IMG/VR virus record: IMGVR_UViG_3300008110_000118
Location: 1 to 54,171 of that record
Source of the DNA: a virus
Taxonomy: Duplodnaviria > Caudoviricetes
Reading direction: 5' to 3' (one strand)
Length of the DNA stretch: 54,171 nt
A program made the translations under genes and the position numbers. Every line of letters begins with the position of its first letter. The first letter of the stretch is position 1. Below, piece by piece: positions 36,101-44,188 of this stretch. The notes under the pieces are model-generated. The model made no database searches. It was not told the DNA's origin and worked only from the letters and a program-made list of their open reading frames with translations.

Positions 36101-38595
36101 AGAGTAGATGTTGTATTGCTGTATTGATATGCAACTTCAGCATCAGTGAGACCAATTGTATTATTAGATTCTTGAATAATAAATCCTTCAATGGGGGGTC
36201 TAGCAGTTACAGGAGAATCTGATGGAATTACATATCTAAACTTATACAGAGAATCTTCAAGATTTCTATTATCTACTTTTCTTGTAATAAATGTTCTAGC
36301 AGTAGCATTTCCAAGTCCAGATGTTCCAAGGTTTTGAATTACTGGATAAATGCTATTGTTTGCTGTAGATGCGACACTTACATACCACTGATTTTGTGTA
36401 GAATCCCATTGAATAGGATGTGCAATATCTCCACTCTTTTTATCTGATACTCTACTTACAATTTTTAATACCCCACCTTTATTATTGATGGTTATTGGTT
36501 TATCATTTACTGCATCATTATATGTTTGCGCTAACTTAATCTGATTTCCGCTAGCAATACTAATTCCACTAGTGATTACATAATAAACCTGATTTGCAAT
36601 CAGTCCATCGGGAAGATGTCCATTTGATGAAATTACTCTAATAGATTCTCCATTGATAAAAGCGTGATTGCTTTTTAATGTGATAACATTATTACTAATA
36701 AAATTAATTCCAACAGATGTTCTACCAACTTCATATGATTTTTCTGCAGTTAATTCTTTAATAGATCCTGCAGTATTTGGCATCACAATTCTTGCCGAAT
36801 ACTGAGTTGTAACGCCACTATTGGTAACTAAAAGATTAAGATCATCATTTGATTTTGCACCAATTCTATATCCTTCAATTACGTGATTGGGTGGAATACT
36901 TTCATTAGTTTCATTATAAAGATAGAGTCTATATGTATTACCTACGCTTACAATTTTAGGTACATCTAAAGATAAGAATTCAAAATTAGAATCTTTTGGT
37001 TCGTATTGCTTTGGTGGAATAATGTGAGTGATATATCCAACATCATCTCTAGAAAATGCACTAGATCTATATCCAGAAGAAACTAAAGATCTTGCTCCAA
37101 AGTTTGAGTTGGAGTTAGTAATAGATAAATCGCCACCAGATTCTGCCAAGAAGTGTTGAGCATAACCAATAGCAAAGACGGAAACTACCTGAATAAAGGA
37201 ATCATTAGACGCTTTAATATGGTAGTTTTCATAGTTAGGTTTAAATCTTGCTCTAGAATCGGATTGAATATTTTCATTTCCAGATGCTGTTTTATCTCTA
37301 TATGTTCCACTAACGGGATCATATTTAACAAAAGCATTGGGATCTTTCTGAAGTCCAATACCAGTGTATTGTGCAACAACCATAGACTTAAATCCAGTTG
37401 CCTTAGATCCATCTGCGTGAAGACCACACATTCCATATACGGAACGGAGAGAACAGTTAAAGACGTATGGAGAAGCAGAAGTAACTGTATCAACAATAAT
37501 GCTAAAGGTTGCTCCAGTTACTGGTGGTAATGGATTTACTGGTGAGTTTTGTAAATTATATTGAATAACATTATCACCTAATTTTTCTGAGATTACATAT
37601 TGACCATCATATCCTTTTGCACCAACGCCTTGAATCTTGATTGGAGTATCTACATCTGCACCATCAAGAGGTTGCGCTAAAGTTACTGTAACCGTAGTAG
37701 ATGAAGTTGATCCATCTCCAGCACGAATGCTTGTAATTCCTACAACATCTCCTGCAGAACCAACTATTCTATATTCGTCTACTTTTGGTTCAATATCAAG
37801 AGCAGTAGAAAGAAATTCTGGAGTAATAGCACGACCACTAGATTGTCCATAAACTCTACCAACCTTCTCATAGTAAAAATCTAAATCAGTTTTAGTTGAA
37901 CTAAAGGTTTGGAAATCATCATTGATAGATATTGGATTTACGCCATCCGCATATTCAAAAACTGTTAATTTGCTATGTGAGAAATTGGGAACAAATGTGT
38001 TAATTGTATAGTCTTTAAAGCAGAGTGTATTTGGATCCGCATCAAAAATACTAAACTGCCAAAGATAACAAGAACCAGTTAAACGGAAAATTGCAGATCT
38101 TTCAATGTTGGGATTTTCTGGATCTGGAACATACTTTGGTCTAATCTTAGTCTTACGGAGATCAAGACCAACAATAGATGTTCCTCTTGGAACTATAACT
38201 CCACCGTGAATACTATTAATTTTATAGAGAATATTATCGTCTGAATCTAAATTAAAGTTTGCTGTTAGATCAAATGGTGGCATATTATTAGATTGCTCGC
38301 CGCTTCTCAATCTAAAATTATTTTGACCATCTGGAATCCAACCTGGACGATTATCTACAATATGCTCACCAGGATAGAGCAAAATTGTAGTTCTTCCAAA
38401 TCTATCGTTATTTTTTCCTTTCTGATATGAAAATCTTGCTGCTTCAATAAGTGCTCTTTGAATAGTTTTGAAAGGTCTTGTCAGGGAGTTGCCCTGATTT
38501 TCAACACTATCCGTAGAATCAATGCTTGAAGGATCGACGTAAAGTATTTCTCCTTTTACGTTCTTCAAAAAGTTTTCGAGTCTGCTAAGCCCCAT
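33130..38595 (-). CDS. large cyanophage virion structural / tail-fibre-like protein
   Basis: 1821 aa; N-terminus MGLSRLENFLKN..ILYVDP..D..D..NQGNSLTRPFKTIQRALIEAARFSY is typical of cyanomyovirus structural proteins; IRASGHTFEYLGFGPGNYSTALP motif. Confidence 0.88.
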   Translation of the reverse strand: MGLSRLENFLKNVKGEILYVDPSSIDSTDSVENQGNSLTRPFKTIQRALIEAARFSYQKGKNNDRFGRTTILLYPGEHIVDNRPGWIPDGQNNFRLRSGEQSNNMPPFDLTANFNLDSDDNILYKINSIHGGVIVPRGTSIVGLDLRKTKIRPKYVPDPENPNIERSAIFRLTGSCYLWQFSIFDADPNTLCFKDYTINTFVPNFSHSKLTVFEYADGVNPISINDDFQTFSSTKTDLDFYYEKVGRVYGQSSGRAITPEFLSTALDIEPKVDEYRIVGSAGDVVGITSIRAGDGSTSSTTVTVTLAQPLDGADVDTPIKIQGVGAKGYDGQYVISEKLGDNVIQYNLQNSPVNPLPPVTGATFSIIVDTVTSASPYVFNCSLRSVYGMCGLHADGSKATGFKSMVVAQYTGIGLQKDPNAFVKYDPVSGTYRDKTASGNENIQSDSRARFKPNYENYHIKASNDSFIQVVSVFAIGYAQHFLAESGGDLSITNSNSNFGARSLVSSGYRSSAFSRDDVGYITHIIPPKQYEPKDSNFEFLSLDVPKIVSVGNTYRLYLYNETNESIPPNHVIEGYRIGAKSNDDLNLLVTNSGVTTQYSARIVMPNTAGSIKELTAEKSYEVGRTSVGINFISNNVITLKSNHAFINGESIRVISSNGHLPDGLIANQVYYVITSGISIASGNQIKLAQTYNDAVNDKPITINNKGGVLKIVSRVSDKKSGDIAHPIQWDSTQNQWYVSVASTANNSIYPVIQNLGTSGLGNATARTFITRKVDNRNLEDSLYKFRYVIPSDSPVTARPPIEGFIIQESNNTIGLTDAEVAYQYSNTTSTLSNSTELRNFRIIADARWANNVANVITEVPHELKIGSQVEIINIASSNNPTGIANSSFNGTFTVTGISSSKHFSYDLDNNPGTFSSSTFTRNKNLPRFKKKTLFANYQVYKSKEIQKYVPGQKDGVYHLTVVNSSSSPTISPFSDYQLSQPVQYLYPQLNRDNIVSDPKPTSSFAIAEPVGQVVINDPQKSLTRETISRWTEDFKIGIGITNILSNSAGTAHTVYTSIDHGLNRIIEVSIINPGSNYGTGIGTEVFFNVKLDSSNPAFGKNATARVTAVNGSVTGVEIIDGGSAAGVGNTFALTGTATTTGHVPAIVSVSRIYSNVGDTVRITDINFDDYDGYNNYYRITGISNGRDKQIELQSITAISPRETIGIGLTYAKTGNLTLVGPTLSVSSLTYDNTSGIATFVTSSNHGLKVDNKTLISGANSSLYNREFVVKKVNSLTSFSVNVGVGASSPATTGTIYVHPTGFSPNGGKTTNENENIAGRLVAEYANLTSNLLGPINNVTTTTITLDTSLLDLKIGDYLLIDSEIFRVRSTVTSNNVSVFRGLFGTARETHLTGSIVRRIKPRPIELRRNSIIRASGHTFEYLGFGPGNYSTALPDRQDRILSPQEELLSQTFKFDGGIIIFTGMNSEGDFYVGNTKTNASNGTVEVFDSPIPTVTGEEISNNAEQIGFSYQSSSEITVDRSIKVEGGSDGNLVSSFGGPVIFNNKLTSTSDKGIEANSLFIQGDATISRKYTVGISTPSVSGNIGDVVYNATPESGGTLGWTYTSDNQWKKFGLISTQTNTTDIVVNSATGNFIGSFSGDGRFLFNVDSRWQPDAIGIHTNTPIGVGTTSAKAGYGLYVEGSMAVNGTLRLFEIIEKATVSAGILTTGVTNIDLGDNNVYYFTSNAQGNWTINFRGGPSQTLNSFLEVGDSMTVAIMTSQGPIPYYNSTVQIDGLTVTPRYYGGSQITSGNANSIDVYTYVIIKTANNTFTVLYSQSQYA

Positions 38596-38626
38596 TTTCT
38601 AGTCTATATGAAGTTCCGTTATAGAT

Positions 38627-38633
38627 TATTTAT
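38627..38633 (-). promoter_or_regulatory. T4-type late promoter ATAAATA
   Basis: GAATAAATA upstream of the ATG at 38595, right after a terminator. Confidence 0.65.
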
Positions 38634-38635
38634 TC

Positions 38636-38666
38636 ACAAGAAAACCCCCAATTTCTTGGGGGTTCT
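38636..38666 (-). terminator. intrinsic terminator
   Basis: AACCCCCAA-GAAA-TTGGGGGTT stem with GNRA loop, followed by TTCTT. Confidence 0.8.
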
Positions 38667-38708
38667 CAAGTCACACTTTTTGGGTCACTGTAACGATTCA
38701 GTATCGTC
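38636..38708 (-). ncRNA. candidate ~70-nt small RNA
   Basis: Own sigma70 promoter; predicted +1 falls at the base of hairpin GACGAU-ACUGA-AUCGUU; single-stranded linker; then terminator. Confidence 0.4.
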
Positions 38709-39326
38709 TTTATTATTATACCACTTTTGTTCTTCCCAAGTCAAGCGTTTTTGTAATTCTTTATCAAATATCATTAGATATCTGTGTTTTCTACTACGAT
38801 CTTTCCATTCACCTTCTTCGCCTTTCATTTTTCCACGAGAGTGTTTAGTTCCGTCTGAATAATAGAAATCTTTTTTTCGATCCGTGAGACCGTAGTACTT
38901 AAAGTTGCAAGCGCGATAAATTGTACCAGAATGGTGATCTGAATCAGCATAAGAAAGGATTGCTTTAACTTCAGTATCTTTCCGAAATTGTCTAATCGCC
39001 TTTGACACAAACCAAGAAGTGATGTTATATTCTCGTGACTGCGTACTAGGTTCGATGCAAAGTCTTGAAAGTTCAAAGAGTCCTTGTTGTTCGTTTCGTT
39101 CAAGTCCAAATGCTCCTTTTGCAATTTCAGGTACAGGTAGTCCAGTAAAAATACAAACTCCTTGAAGACCACCAATATTCAAAGGAGAGAACTCATTTTT
39201 CTTGAAGAGTCCGTAGTTATAACCCGACTTAAAACTCTTTGAAATATCTTTGAGATAATGATAATGCAGTAAAAGTTCTTCTGCTTGCTTTTTGGAAACC
39301 TTATCTAGATAGAAGTCAGACTTCAT
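38685..39326 (-). CDS. Mom-like (GNAT-fold) DNA modification protein
   Basis: HY..., ELSRL, SWFVSKAI, ILSYAD..H.GTIYRACNF.Y.G motifs of the Mu Mom family. Confidence 0.8.
   Translation of the reverse strand: MKSDFYLDKVSKKQAEELLLHYHYLKDISKSFKSGYNYGLFKKNEFSPLNIGGLQGVCIFTGLPVPEIAKGAFGLERNEQQGLFELSRLCIEPSTQSREYNITSWFVSKAIRQFRKDTEVKAILSYADSDHHSGTIYRACNFKYYGLTDRKKDFYYSDGTKHSRGKMKGEEGEWKDRSRKHRYLMIFDKELQKRLTWEEQKWYNNKDDTESLQ
38715..38744 (-). promoter_or_regulatory. sigma70 promoter inside the mom-like 3' end
   Basis: TTGACT-N18-TATAAT, with TG extended -10 (TGG-TATAAT). Confidence 0.65.
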
Positions 39327-39496
39327 TCAGGTTGCTTACATTCTAGCATATATTCTACAGTATTTGCCACGTCATTCATAGCATCACGAAGAAATGGTCT
39401 TTGACCAGATTCTTGTTTAACAATAGGTCTGCTATCATCAGTAAGAACCCAACGCCACTGCTTCATATCTTTACAATACCAGAGATTAATTTTCAT
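39323..39496 (-). CDS. small hypothetical protein
   Basis: MKINLWYCKDMKQWRWVLTD...QESGQ; start reassigned from 39607 to 39496. Confidence 0.6.
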   Translation of the reverse strand: MKINLWYCKDMKQWRWVLTDDSRPIVKQESGQRPFLRDAMNDVANTVEYMLECKQPE

Positions 39497-39661
39497 GTTT
39501 GAAATACTCCAATCTAATCCAGTTGATGAGGGCATTGATTTCCATCCGCTCTTGCTCAGAACATTCGAGAGCATCTTTAACTCTAGCATAACAGGTAAGT
39601 GCATCAATGGTGAGTTGTCTATCTTTTTGAGAAATAAGTGACATTAGAGTTATACGACTCA

Positions 39662-39734
39662 TGGAGAATAGGAGACTCGAACTCCTGACATCCTGCTTGC
39701 AAAGCAGGCGCACTACCAACTGTGCTAATTCCCC
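39662..39734 (-). tRNA. tRNA-Ala(TGC)
   Basis: Cloverleaf GGGGAATTAGCACAGTTGGTAGTGCGCCTGCTTTGCAAGCAGG...GTTCGAGTC...TTCTCCA; G3:U70 identity pair. Confidence 0.95.
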
Positions 39735-39788
39735 AAGGTGAGTCGGATATGATGATCCCGACTCTTATGATAGACATTGCCTATCAAG

Positions 39789-39861
39789 AGCCCCCGACAA
39801 GACTTGAACTTGCGACAACCGCTTTACAAAAGCGGTGCTCTACCATCTGAGCTACAAGGGC
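39789..39861 (-). tRNA. tRNA-Thr(TGT)
   Basis: GCCCTTGTAGCTCAGATGGTAGAGCACCGCTTTTGTAAAGCGG...GTTCAAGTC...GGGGGCT. Confidence 0.95.
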
Positions 39862-39862
39862 A

Positions 39863-40132
39863 TTAATCTACAGGTAACATTTCCGGATTTTCCAGTTCAA
39901 CTTCGAATAACATTGGATGACATAACTCATCAATTAAGTAAAATGAAGACTTATATAAGTCCTCAGGTTCAAAGCGTCTTTCGTTATCTGCTAATTCAAT
40001 TAATTCCAGATCATACATTAAACTATCTGGAACATCATCAAAAGTAAAGGGAACTTGATTTATGAAATACATCAGAACAATTTGAGTTCCGCGATTATAC
40101 CAAACGTATCTGGTATCTATTCTGTATTTCAT
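39863..40132 (-). CDS. conserved hypothetical protein
   Basis: 89 aa, IVLMYFINQVPFTFDD...YLIDELCHP; CTAAATA late-promoter-like site at 40155-40161. Confidence 0.7.
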   Translation of the reverse strand: MKYRIDTRYVWYNRGTQIVLMYFINQVPFTFDDVPDSLMYDLELIELADNERRFEPEDLYKSSFYLIDELCHPMLFEVELENPEMLPVD

Positions 40133-40180
40133 AGAATAGTCCTTTACTTTTGTTTATTTAGAGAGTATTCGGTTCTCTAG

Positions 40181-40264
40181 TAGGGCGAGGGGGACTTGAA
40201 CCCCCACGGGATTACTCCCAACAGATTTTAAGTCTGGTGTGTCTACCACTTCCACCACCGCCCC
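40181..40264 (-). tRNA. tRNA-Leu(TAA)
   Basis: GGGGCGGTGGTGGAAGTGGTAGACACACCAGACTTAAAATCTG, long variable arm, GTTCAAGTC; no encoded CCA. Confidence 0.95.
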
Positions 40265-40271
40265 AAAAAAC

Positions 40272-40478
40272 TTACGCTTTGTAAGTAATAGGATTATACT
40301 TCAGATACTCAAAGAATGTCAACTTCATTTCTTTGTGTGACATTCCACAATGTTTTGCTGCTTTGGGGAGATTCCATTTTGCTGTAAAGAGTGCTTCATT
40401 TGCTTCTTTTACATTTTCTGGAGTCGTTTTAACTGGAACTTCTTTAAGATCTTTAAGACTTAGTTTTAAAAAATTCAT
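40272..40478 (-). CDS. small helix-turn-helix-like hypothetical protein
   Basis: VKTTPENVKEANEALF...NLPKAAKHCGMS..EMKLTF. Confidence 0.7.
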   Translation of the reverse strand: MNFLKLSLKDLKEVPVKTTPENVKEANEALFTAKWNLPKAAKHCGMSHKEMKLTFFEYLKYNPITYKA

Positions 40479-40506
40479 TTTTTATTTGGCGACCTTTTTG
40501 GAGGAT

Positions 40507-40536
40507 TTTTTGGCGGAAAATTTTTCCCGCCAAAAA
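40507..40536. terminator. inverted repeat / bidirectional terminator-like hairpin
   Basis: TTTTTGGCGG...CCGCCAAAAA. Confidence 0.55.
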
Positions 40537-40558
40537 TGGAATTAAAAGTTGATTTTTG

Positions 40559-40741
40559 TCAGAGAGGAGTTACATAATGAAGAGTCTCTTCATCAAGTTG
40601 ATCCCGAACAACATCAAGAACATTCATAAACTGTTGGATAGTTTCACATTCTACTACTTTTTCAGAACCTTCGCTTGAATAAAGATTGAAAGTTTTAGTA
40701 ATAGGATTGACAACGCACCGTGTCAAATACTCATCATTCAT
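40559..40741 (-). CDS. conserved hypothetical protein
   Basis: 60 aa, LTRCVV...F.LYS.EG..K.V.C....QFMNVL. Confidence 0.7.
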   Translation of the reverse strand: MNDEYLTRCVVNPITKTFNLYSSEGSEKVVECETIQQFMNVLDVVRDQLDEETLHYVTPL

Positions 40742-40772
40742 TTGTTTGGGGTTCTCCCTCGATTACTTAAGT

Positions 40773-40801
40773 AATATACCAGGCGTCGGGTCACTTGTCA
40801 A
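40773..40801 (-). promoter_or_regulatory. sigma70 promoter (drives small ORFs and tRNAs)
   Basis: TTGACA-N17-TATATT. Confidence 0.7.
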
Positions 40802-41117
40802 GGGGGGAGACGATGGGAATTTTTGGAAGATCGATCCTTTCCCCAAAGACGAGATAATAACAGTCTATAGGCATACCATTACCCTGTAAATGAATAAGAT
40901 TTCTCTCTGTTCTTTTTACAATCAGATTTTGATTTGCACCAATCGGAGTCAAATGTACAGAAATAGTGTTTAAATCTACGAGTTCTAACCATTCTTCTGG
41001 TAACTTAATTATTTTTGTGTTATGTGCTCTTCCTTGAACAAACAAAAGATTTTGTTGAGCATAAGGAGGTTCGTAATTAAGAACGTAGTTATCTTCAGTG
41101 GGATGTTTAATTTTCAT
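40791..41117 (-). CDS. stand-alone copy of the C-terminal domain of 42547-43584
   Basis: I.HPT, I.LPE.W..LVD..T..V.LTPIG..Q.L.V, I.C.Y.V.GER shared by both proteins. Confidence 0.75.
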   Translation of the reverse strand: MKIKHPTEDNYVLNYEPPYAQQNLLFVQGRAHNTKIIKLPEEWLELVDLNTISVHLTPIGANQNLIVKRTERNLIHLQGNGMPIDCYYLVFGERIDLPKIPIVSPLDK

Positions 41118-42514
41118 TCTAGTATATTAGTAATGGTGGAAATTCCAAGATAAGATAAAGTTTCATCAATATTAATTAGATCAATATTATTATTGGCAAG
41201 TTCTTGCCTAGAATTCCATATTGAAAGTTGAATTGATTCTCTTTCCCTTCTTAATGCGTTTGCTGCTGAGATCTTCAGATTTAAATTATTAATATCGTTA
41301 TTGAAACTAGTTTGAACTCCAGATAAAGCAGATAATGCAGATGTTATTTGGGCATCTTGCGCTGTACATGTTGATCCCAAAGTAGTAGTTATACCACTTA
41401 GTTGAGCGACAGTAACAGTTGTCGTAAATCCTAAAGGTGCTCTAACAGTTGTTGCAGTTCCACTATAAGCAACTGGATAATATGCAAATCCAACTTTGTA
41501 ATATGCAACTCCAGGTCCAACATCAGGTTCTAATGTTATAGGAATTTCTGGTTCATCAGGATCCCCCAGATCTTCAAGATCCGGATACCAAGTTTGTGCA
41601 TATGGATATCCACCATTATTTGAATATGCTATTGATACACCAACTCCAATAGTTTGCGTATCCAATACCCCAATTGTTTGTGGTGATGATGGATTTTTCG
41701 TGCTTAAATCTTCATATGTCGCTAAGTCATATTGAAATTGATCAGTCGATTTAAGAACAGTGAATGTTACAAAAGATCCATCAGATTCTGGTGCTGTTGC
41801 GCTTCCAGTTGCAACAGTATCTAAAGTAATCGCAGTAACTAAAGTAGTTGTTCCAATACCGATACTAGAAACGGGAGTTGTAGTTGTTTGATATATGTCA
41901 ACTATATTTGACGAGGATGGTAAAACTCCAGATTTTGAAGATTGAACAAATTGACCAGATTTAATTGAAACAGTAGAAGATGATCCAACTGGAGAAAGAA
42001 CAGTTAAAATTGATGATCCAACACCAATAGTTCCAATGAAACTTGTTACAAAAGTATCTTCAATATCCTTAGTTACAGGAATATCATAATACTTTACTCC
42101 GTAATAATTTTGAGTGGTAAAACCAAATGTATCATCAGAAAAATAAGTAGTAAATCCAGTACCATTGAATACTGTAATAGTTCCCGAATTTGTAATATTT
42201 GAATACCCAAACTCAGATAATTGAGTTACTCTAATTGTATAAGATCCCGTTGTTCCTATTCCAACAACTCTCCAAAACATGTCAGTCCTACAACCAACAT
42301 TAACTCGGTTTTGGTAAGAATCTTTTGCAGTATTAATACTAGAGTTTATAGATTCAAAAGAATTAAAAATATCTAAATCTATTTTTCGTATAGATTCATC
42401 ATATGGAATTTTAGATCCATCTAATTCAATAATTTTTTCTAGTATTTCATTTATATCTTCTTTTTGACTTTCTTTCTTTTCAGTTAAAGAATTTATTATA
42501 TCAGTATAAGACAT
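41114..42514 (-). CDS. virion structural protein (coiled-coil ends, beta-rich core)
   Basis: 466 aa, S/T/G-rich; ATAAATA late promoter at 42533-42539. Confidence 0.75.
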   Translation of the reverse strand: MSYTDIINSLTEKKESQKEDINEILEKIIELDGSKIPYDESIRKIDLDIFNSFESINSSINTAKDSYQNRVNVGCRTDMFWRVVGIGTTGSYTIRVTQLSEFGYSNITNSGTITVFNGTGFTTYFSDDTFGFTTQNYYGVKYYDIPVTKDIEDTFVTSFIGTIGVGSSILTVLSPVGSSSTVSIKSGQFVQSSKSGVLPSSSNIVDIYQTTTTPVSSIGIGTTTLVTAITLDTVATGSATAPESDGSFVTFTVLKSTDQFQYDLATYEDLSTKNPSSPQTIGVLDTQTIGVGVSIAYSNNGGYPYAQTWYPDLEDLGDPDEPEIPITLEPDVGPGVAYYKVGFAYYPVAYSGTATTVRAPLGFTTTVTVAQLSGITTTLGSTCTAQDAQITSALSALSGVQTSFNNDINNLNLKISAANALRRERESIQLSIWNSRQELANNNIDLINIDETLSYLGISTITNILE

Positions 42515-42546
42515 GATTTATATTTTTTGAAGTATTTATTTTAAAA

Positions 42547-43584
42547 TCAGACAACATTTATTGCATATTCACTATTATCACCTGGATAATCTTTTGGAGA
42601 TGATCCAAAGTATTCTGTAATATTTTTCTCTACGTCTTTTCTTTCTCCATAGACAACATAATGACAATTAATTACAGATGCGGAATTATTCTTTACAATT
42701 ATCTTTCTTCCCCATTGAATATCTTCCACATATAATTCTTGATATTGCCCAATAGGAGTTAAAGTTACTCCAACAGTTTCTATATCAACTAAGTTTGTCC
42801 AATATTCAGGTAATTCTATAATATTACCACCCTTTAATTTTCCTCTGAAATAAACTTCTGCAGATGGTCCTTCTAAACAAATATATCTAAGTCTATGATT
42901 TTCTTTTGTTGGATGAGGAATATCAAATGATTTTTTAGAAGCAATTTTTGCTTTTAACAATACAATAGTTGGACTGCTAATTGGACCTGCAACACTTAAC
43001 TTTCCGCCTATAGATACTTTTCCAGCAACTGCAAGTTTTCCATTAATATTCTCGCTTCCGTTTCTTGTACCTTTACCGTTGAAAACTGATTTTCCAGTCT
43101 GCGTTAATGCACCAACAATTTTTACTGGTCCAATAAAAGTTATTTTTCCTGTCCAAGTTAAGTTTCCAAGTCCAGTTGTATTTGGAGATATAATACTTAT
43201 TTGAGTTGAATTAATAATCTTAATAAGTAGGGAATTGATTGTAATTCCAACCATCCCTGCTCCAGGATCCCCTAACAAAATATCCAATGGAGTTGGGGGT
43301 CCAGCACCAAGTGTAGTGACTTTTAAAATGGATGGAACAGTAGGAAAAGGAGCAGTTTTGTTTGTAGATCTGCCGAGCATCATTGTTGCCATCGGTGCTC
43401 GTGGTGTTGGATAACTCAAAGGAGTTCCAACTAAAGCAGGACCTTCAATCCAGGCAGTTCCATTGATAGGCGGAAGAATACCTCCTCCTAAACAGATCGG
43501 AGATATTGGATCTGGAATTCCTCCAGGTATGTTTTGAGCGACATGAAGTTGTCCGCCTACGTGCAGTTCCGTTACTCTTCCCAT
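42547..43584 (-). CDS. baseplate spike-associated beta-helix protein with C-terminal KSFDIPHP domain
   Basis: Hexapeptide-like G....G repeats followed by SFDIPHPTKENHRLRYICLEGP...YFRG. Confidence 0.7.
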   Translation of the reverse strand: MGRVTELHVGGQLHVAQNIPGGIPDPISPICLGGGILPPINGTAWIEGPALVGTPLSYPTPRAPMATMMLGRSTNKTAPFPTVPSILKVTTLGAGPPTPLDILLGDPGAGMVGITINSLLIKIINSTQISIISPNTTGLGNLTWTGKITFIGPVKIVGALTQTGKSVFNGKGTRNGSENINGKLAVAGKVSIGGKLSVAGPISSPTIVLLKAKIASKKSFDIPHPTKENHRLRYICLEGPSAEVYFRGKLKGGNIIELPEYWTNLVDIETVGVTLTPIGQYQELYVEDIQWGRKIIVKNNSASVINCHYVVYGERKDVEKNITEYFGSSPKDYPGDNSEYAINVV

Positions 43585-43585
43585 T

Positions 43586-44188
43586 TTATCCGACTATATC
43601 TTTTACTAATTTAATAATTCCTTCTAAAGTTTCTTTCAATGTTTGAGATCCTGGTGGTGGAATATCGATAACTGCTGGACTTTGCTCATTGAAATTTCCA
43701 GTAACTTTAACTTCATCTCTACTTGCAATATTTACTTTCTTTTCTCCAGTTATGTTTGCTTCAACGGAAGCAGTTGCTGTAATTGTGGGAGTCTTAATTT
43801 CTACAGAAGTATTAGATAGGATATTAATATATCCAGTTTTATTATCTGGACCACTTGCAATCATATCTATACTTTGAGCAAACATCCTAATTCTTCCGTT
43901 AGGTGCTCCAATAATAATATCGCCATTATCTGCATGTAATACAAATGCAGTATCATTAACTGGTTTATCACCACATCTAATTTGATATACACCTGGACAA
44001 CGATTCACGGTTCCACCTTTAAGTTTTCCACTATTCAAAAACGCCATGTATTGAGATTTAGATAATGTTGGATCAACATTTCTAATAATTGCAGCACATT
44101 TAATTCCATTTAGGAATACTTCCCCAAATGCAAGTTCAGCGTCACATGTTGTTTTTCTCCAATAATTTGGGGTATTACTCTTAGCCAT
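43586..44188 (-). CDS. gp5 C-terminal-like (spike beta-helix) protein
   Basis: ADNGDIIIGAPNGRIRMFAQSIDMIA beta-strand repeats; directly follows the gp5-like gene. Confidence 0.6.
   Translation of the reverse strand: MAKSNTPNYWRKTTCDAELAFGEVFLNGIKCAAIIRNVDPTLSKSQYMAFLNSGKLKGGTVNRCPGVYQIRCGDKPVNDTAFVLHADNGDIIIGAPNGRIRMFAQSIDMIASGPDNKTGYINILSNTSVEIKTPTITATASVEANITGEKKVNIASRDEVKVTGNFNEQSPAVIDIPPPGSQTLKETLEGIIKLVKDIVG

Noticed and set aside
39486-39719. 77-aa ORF as called in the track
   Set aside because: Its 5' part overlaps tRNA-Ala; only the portion from the later Met (MSLISQKDRQ...) is a plausible gene
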